Source of the DNA: Loktanella sp. R86503
GTDB taxonomy: Bacteria > Pseudomonadota > Alphaproteobacteria > Rhodobacterales > Rhodobacteraceae
Direction of reading: 5' to 3'
Length of the DNA stretch: 32,000 bases
NCBI RefSeq assembly: GCF_042466455.1
Contig: NZ_JAXHCI010000002.1
Location: forward strand, 1,470,834 to 1,502,833
Numbering within the stretch: the first letter of the stretch is position 1; the number at the start of each line of letters is the position of its first letter. The position numbers were made by a program, and so were the translations under genes. The notes beneath the pieces are model-generated. The model made no database searches, had not been told where the DNA came from, and was given only the letters and a program-made list of their open reading frames with translations. Shown here in pieces: positions 28,713-32,000 of this stretch.

Positions 28713-29288
28713 TTACTCTTCGTCGTCGTTCCCGGCAGAACCCAGATCGTCGAACAGTTCCTGAATTTCGAATTCAGCTGCTGCTTCTTCCTCAGCGGCG
28801 AGTTCCTGAATGGACTTGCCGGCGGCCTGAAGCTCTGCCTCTTCCTTGGAGCGGGCGACGTTCAGTGTGACCGTTGCCGTGACTTCGGGGTGCAGGTTCA
28901 GTGTGACGTCGTGCAGGCCCAGATCCTTGATCGGACCCTGCAGAACGACCTGGTTGCGGTCGATCTTGAAGCCGTTTTCGGCAGCTGCATCAGCCACGTC
29001 ACGCGGTGTGACGGAACCGTAAAGCGAGCCGGCGTCGGAAGCGGAACGGATGATGACGAAGGATTCGCCGTCGATCTTGTCAGCTTCAGCCTGGGCAGTC
29101 GCACGCGTTTCGGCGTTGCGGGCTTCCAGGGCAGCTTTTTCAGCTTCGAAGCGGGCCAGGTTTGCGGCGTTCACGCGCAGACCTTTGCCTTGCGGCAGCA
29201 GGAAGTTACGGGCGTAACCGTCCTTGACGTTCACGACTTCACCCATTTGACCAAGCTTGGCCACACGTTCCAGAAGAATGATTTGCAT
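28713..29288 (-). CDS. rplI: 50S ribosomal protein L9
   Basis: 191 aa; [36 protein letters not shown]. Confidence 0.98.
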   Translation of the reverse strand: MQIILLERVAKLGQMGEVVNVKDGYARNFLLPQGKGLRVNAANLARFEAEKAALEARNAETRATAQAEADKIDGESFVIIRSASDAGSLYGSVTPRDVADAAAENGFKIDRNQVVLQGPIKDLGLHDVTLNLHPEVTATVTLNVARSKEEAELQAAGKSIQELAAEEEAAAEFEIQELFDDLGSAGNDDEE

Positions 29289-29300
29289 GATGTATGCTCC

Positions 29301-29528
29301 TTACTTCACGGCGTAGGGCAGCAGGGCCAGGAACCGTGCGCGCTTGATCGCTTGTGCGAGCTTGCGCTGGTTCTTGGAGCCGACGGCGGTGATACGGGCG
29401 GGGACGATCTTGCCGCGCTCAGAGATGTAGCGCTGCAGGGTGCGGGTGTCTTTGTAGTCGATCGCGGGGGCGTCTTCACCCTCGAACGGATCGGACTTAC
29501 GACGACGGAAAAATGGTTTCGTTGCCAT
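29301..29528 (-). CDS. rpsR: 30S ribosomal protein S18
   Basis: 75 aa; [49 protein letters not shown]. Confidence 0.98.
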   Translation of the reverse strand: MATKPFFRRRKSDPFEGEDAPAIDYKDTRTLQRYISERGKIVPARITAVGSKNQRKLAQAIKRARFLALLPYAVK

Positions 29529-29554
29529 GATTTATGGTCCTTTCCTGATCTGAA

Positions 29555-29908
29555 TTAACGGCGCTCGCGACGGGTGTCGCGTTCGTCGCGCTTTTGCATC
29601 TGCACGGAAGGCAGTTCGGCGTGTGCGTCGACCTTGATGGTCAGAACGCGCATCACGTCTTCATGCAAGCGCATCAGGCGTTCCATTTCCTGCACAGCGG
29701 ACGCAGGCGCGTCAGAGCGCAGAAAGGCGTAGTGGCCCTTGCGGTTCTTGTTGATCTTGTAGGCCATCGTCTTGACGCCCCAGTATTCACTGTCGACCAG
29801 CTTGCCGTCGTTGTCGGCCAGCACTGTGCCAAAGTGTTCGATCAGGGCTTCTGCTTGCGTGTTGGACAAGTCCTGACGCGCAATCATCACATGCTCATAA
29901 AGCGGCAT
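29555..29908 (-). CDS. rpsF: 30S ribosomal protein S6
   Basis: 117 aa from MPLYEHVMIARQDLSNTQAEAL; MAYKINKNRKGHYAFLRSDAP. Confidence 0.97.
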   Translation of the reverse strand: MPLYEHVMIARQDLSNTQAEALIEHFGTVLADNDGKLVDSEYWGVKTMAYKINKNRKGHYAFLRSDAPASAVQEMERLMRLHEDVMRVLTIKVDAHAELPSVQMQKRDERDTRRERR

Positions 29909-30217
29909 GGCGTTCCTTTTCATATTGTTCGACGCATTTCATAGGACGGGACCAATACCTTCCGCACCCCGACCACGAGAGACTGCGCAGTGAATAACCA
30001 TTGCGGAAGTGGGCCGCTTATACACAAAGCGGGGGATGGCGCAACCCGCGGCTTGCGCGGTGGGTGCGATTGCATCGGGGCAGGATGCGTTAACCATTAG
30101 GGCAGTCAGACTAACAAAAGTCTAATTCCTAACATGACCTTAACGATGCCATGTTTTTGCCGCGAAGTCAGGGCCTTTTCAAACGACGTCAATCATCAGC
30201 AAAGAAAAGGTCCAATC

Positions 30218-30799
30218 ATGACGGACATGCCAGATACCAGCCGCGCCGTAACAATCGAGCAGCGCCGCCTTAAACAGGCAGATCTGGTTGTGACGGGCTT
30301 TTCTATACAAGAGGCCTATTGGGGATACCGCATCATACCAGAGGGCGCGCCGCCGCTTCGGCTGGTGGCGATGCAGGCGGCTGCAATGCTGGGCGGGGCT
30401 GCGCTGATTGCAGGTTCTGTTGCGCTGATGTTCATGAGCCGGTCGACGGATTTCATGTTCATGGTTCCGGCAATCTTGTTGCTGATGGCGTTGGGAACGT
30501 CGCTGATGTGGTTCGCAAGCCGGGGCACCATGATCAATATCGAGGTGGATGCGATGGCCGGCGAAGTGCGCGAGGTCGTCAGAAACCGGACGGGCGGGCT
30601 GTCCGTAATTTCCCGCTACGGGTTCGACTGCGTGGGCAGCGTCTTTATCCAGCGGCCTGCTGCGGGACCGGCGACACTGATGCTTCGCTATCGCAACACG
30701 GCGCGGACACTGGCGGTTGCATCGGGGTCAGAGGCGGATCTGGCGCGGCTGCGTGACCGGATGGGTCGCGATCTGATCGTAAAACGCGAGGCGGTTTAA
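30218..30799 (+). CDS. Hypothetical membrane protein
   Basis: 193 aa with two central TM segments (LVAMQAAAMLGGAALIAGSVALMFM, FMFMVPAILLLMALGTSLMWF); ATG at 30218 preceded by a purine-rich AAAGAAAAGG. Confidence 0.65.
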   Translation: MTDMPDTSRAVTIEQRRLKQADLVVTGFSIQEAYWGYRIIPEGAPPLRLVAMQAAAMLGGAALIAGSVALMFMSRSTDFMFMVPAILLLMALGTSLMWFASRGTMINIEVDAMAGEVREVVRNRTGGLSVISRYGFDCVGSVFIQRPAAGPATLMLRYRNTARTLAVASGSEADLARLRDRMGRDLIVKREAV

Positions 30800-30807
30800 G
30801 TGGTCAT

Positions 30808-30827
30808 GGCCGCGCAGTCGCGCGGCC
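30808..30827 (+). terminator. GC-rich hairpin, possible terminator
   Basis: GGCCGCGC agtc GCGCGGCC, 9 bp after the stop codon at 30799. Confidence 0.5.
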
Positions 30828-30956
30828 GTTTCTGGCCGGTGTGACACGCGGCGGGGCATTGCCGAACACAATCTGTTCATTCTTGCTGGATTGCCCTGCG
30901 GCATTGGCGGCGTCATCTGTTGGTGCAAGTTCAACAACCACCGGAGAGACCAGACC

Positions 30957-31532
30957 ATGAAGATCCTGACGACGTCCGCCGCCGCCCTGACCCTGCTGGC
31001 CGCACCCGCATTCGCAGCGCCAGAGGCTTATACGCTGGACCCAAGCCACAGCCAGATCGTGTTCGATTACAACCACCTTGGTTTTTCCACCGGGATGGGC
31101 ATGTTTTCGGGCTTTGAAGGCACGATACAGTTCGATCAGGAAGATCCGGCCAATTCGTCCGTCGAAGTCGCGTTCCCCGTGCGCAGCATGATGACCGGCT
31201 GGGAAGGCCGTTTCGAGCATTTCATGTCCGATGACTTTTTTGGCGCAGGCGAAGACGAGATGGTGACGTTCAAGTCCACCGCCATCGAAGTGACCGGCGA
31301 CAACACCGCGTTGATCACCGGCGATCTGACGCTGAACGACGTAACCAAGTCGGTTGTTCTGGATGCCAAGCTGAATCAGGCCGCCGATCACCCGATGGAA
31401 GGCAAGCCTTGGGCTGGCTTTGACGCGACCACGACGCTGCTGCGTTCCGACTACAACGTTGGCCAGTTCGCGCCCTTCGTCAGCGATGAAGTGAACGTGA
31501 AAATTTCGATCGAGGCGATGAAGGCTGAATAA
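30957..31532 (+). CDS. YceI family periplasmic protein
   Basis: 191 aa from MKILTTSAAALTLLAAPAFA; YTLDPSHSQIVFDYNHLGFSTGMGMFSGFEGTIQFDQEDP. Confidence 0.93.
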   Translation: MKILTTSAAALTLLAAPAFAAPEAYTLDPSHSQIVFDYNHLGFSTGMGMFSGFEGTIQFDQEDPANSSVEVAFPVRSMMTGWEGRFEHFMSDDFFGAGEDEMVTFKSTAIEVTGDNTALITGDLTLNDVTKSVVLDAKLNQAADHPMEGKPWAGFDATTTLLRSDYNVGQFAPFVSDEVNVKISIEAMKAE

Positions 31533-31583
31533 GCCAGGGCGATGCCTGCGGCGCGCTGTGCTGCGGCTTGGCTAGGATAAAGG

Positions 31584-31612
31584 ATGCGGGGGCGGGAAAA
31601 CCGCCCTCGCAT
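31584..31612 (+). terminator. Rho-independent terminator after the yceI-like gene
   Basis: ATGCGGGGGCGG / CCGCCCTCGCAT (1 mismatch) followed by TTTTTG. Confidence 0.8.
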
Positions 31613-31632
31613 TTTTGCATTTTAGGGGGCGA

Positions 31633-32000
31633 TCAGATCGCCTTTTGATTGACGCGCTTTGACAGCTCTGCCGCGCTTTCCTTGCGTTCACTGTAGCGGT
31701 CAAGCAGGTAGTCTTGATTGCCGCGGGTCAGGAGTGTGAATTTCATCAGCTCCTCCATCACGTCGACGATTCGGTCATAGAACGGCGAGGGCTTCATGCG
31801 GTCCGCATCGTCGAATTCCAGAAATGCCTTTGGTGTGGAGGATTGGTTGGGAATCGTCAGAAGGCGCATCCAGCGGCCAAGGATGCGCAGCTGGTTGACG
31901 GTGTTGAAGCTTTGGCTGCCGCCGCTGACCTGCATGACGGCCAGCGTTTTGCCCTGCGTGGGGCGCACGCCGCCAAGGGAAAGGGGAATCCAGTCGATTT
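31633..32000 (-). CDS. arsH: ArsH family NADPH-dependent FMN reductase, 5' part outside the window
   Basis: Frame reads [76 protein letters not shown]...; the ORF-track Met at 31968 is an internal GTG. Confidence 0.9.
   Translation of the reverse strand, partial: IDWIPLSLGGVRPTQGKTLAVMQVSGGSQSFNTVNQLRILGRWMRLLTIPNQSSTPKAFLEFDDADRMKPSPFYDRIVDVMEELMKFTLLTRGNQDYLLDRYSERKESAAELSKRVNQKAI

Noticed and set aside
28692-29558. 288-aa + strand ORF antisense to rplI/rpsR
   Set aside because: Opposite ribosomal protein genes, shadow composition only.
29960-30030. 8-bp inverted repeat CTTCCGCA ... TGCGGAAG upstream of rpsF
   Set aside because: Short and widely spaced; can occur by chance. No adjacent features argue for function.

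Overview
The window is a compact, mostly canonical alphaproteobacterial (Rhodobacterales-like) chromosomal segment. Gene content, left to right: tspO-like gene; serS; yajC-secD-secF-Mth938-like gene; cytochrome c maturation genes ccmA-B-C-D-G; acnA; DUF1223 secreted protein; lipid A-type acyltransferase; orphan FliG-like gene; HTH-less LuxR-type autoinducer-binding protein; full LuxR; LuxI; purB; DUF6314 protein; small TbpB-like lipoprotein; glnA-glnB; bifunctional NAD(P)H-hydrate repair enzyme; stand-alone Hint-domain protein; tRNA-Leu(TAG); tig; secreted hypothetical; TAT-exported CpdB-like phosphoesterase; SDR oxidoreductase; rplI-rpsR-rpsF; membrane hypothetical; YceI protein; arsH cut by the right edge. 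No CRISPR array, transposase, prophage or defence system was recognised. The best leads are: (1) a quorum-sensing locus (luxR-luxI) divergent from a putative two-gene unit encoding an autoinducer-binding protein with no HTH domain and a FliG homologue with no flagellar neighbours; (2) a ~131-bp nested inverted-repeat element after ccmG, with 23-bp outer arms enclosing three hairpins; (3) a perfect 18-bp palindrome upstream of acnA; (4) a stand-alone Hint-domain protein. All product calls come from reading protein motifs by eye; no database search was run.
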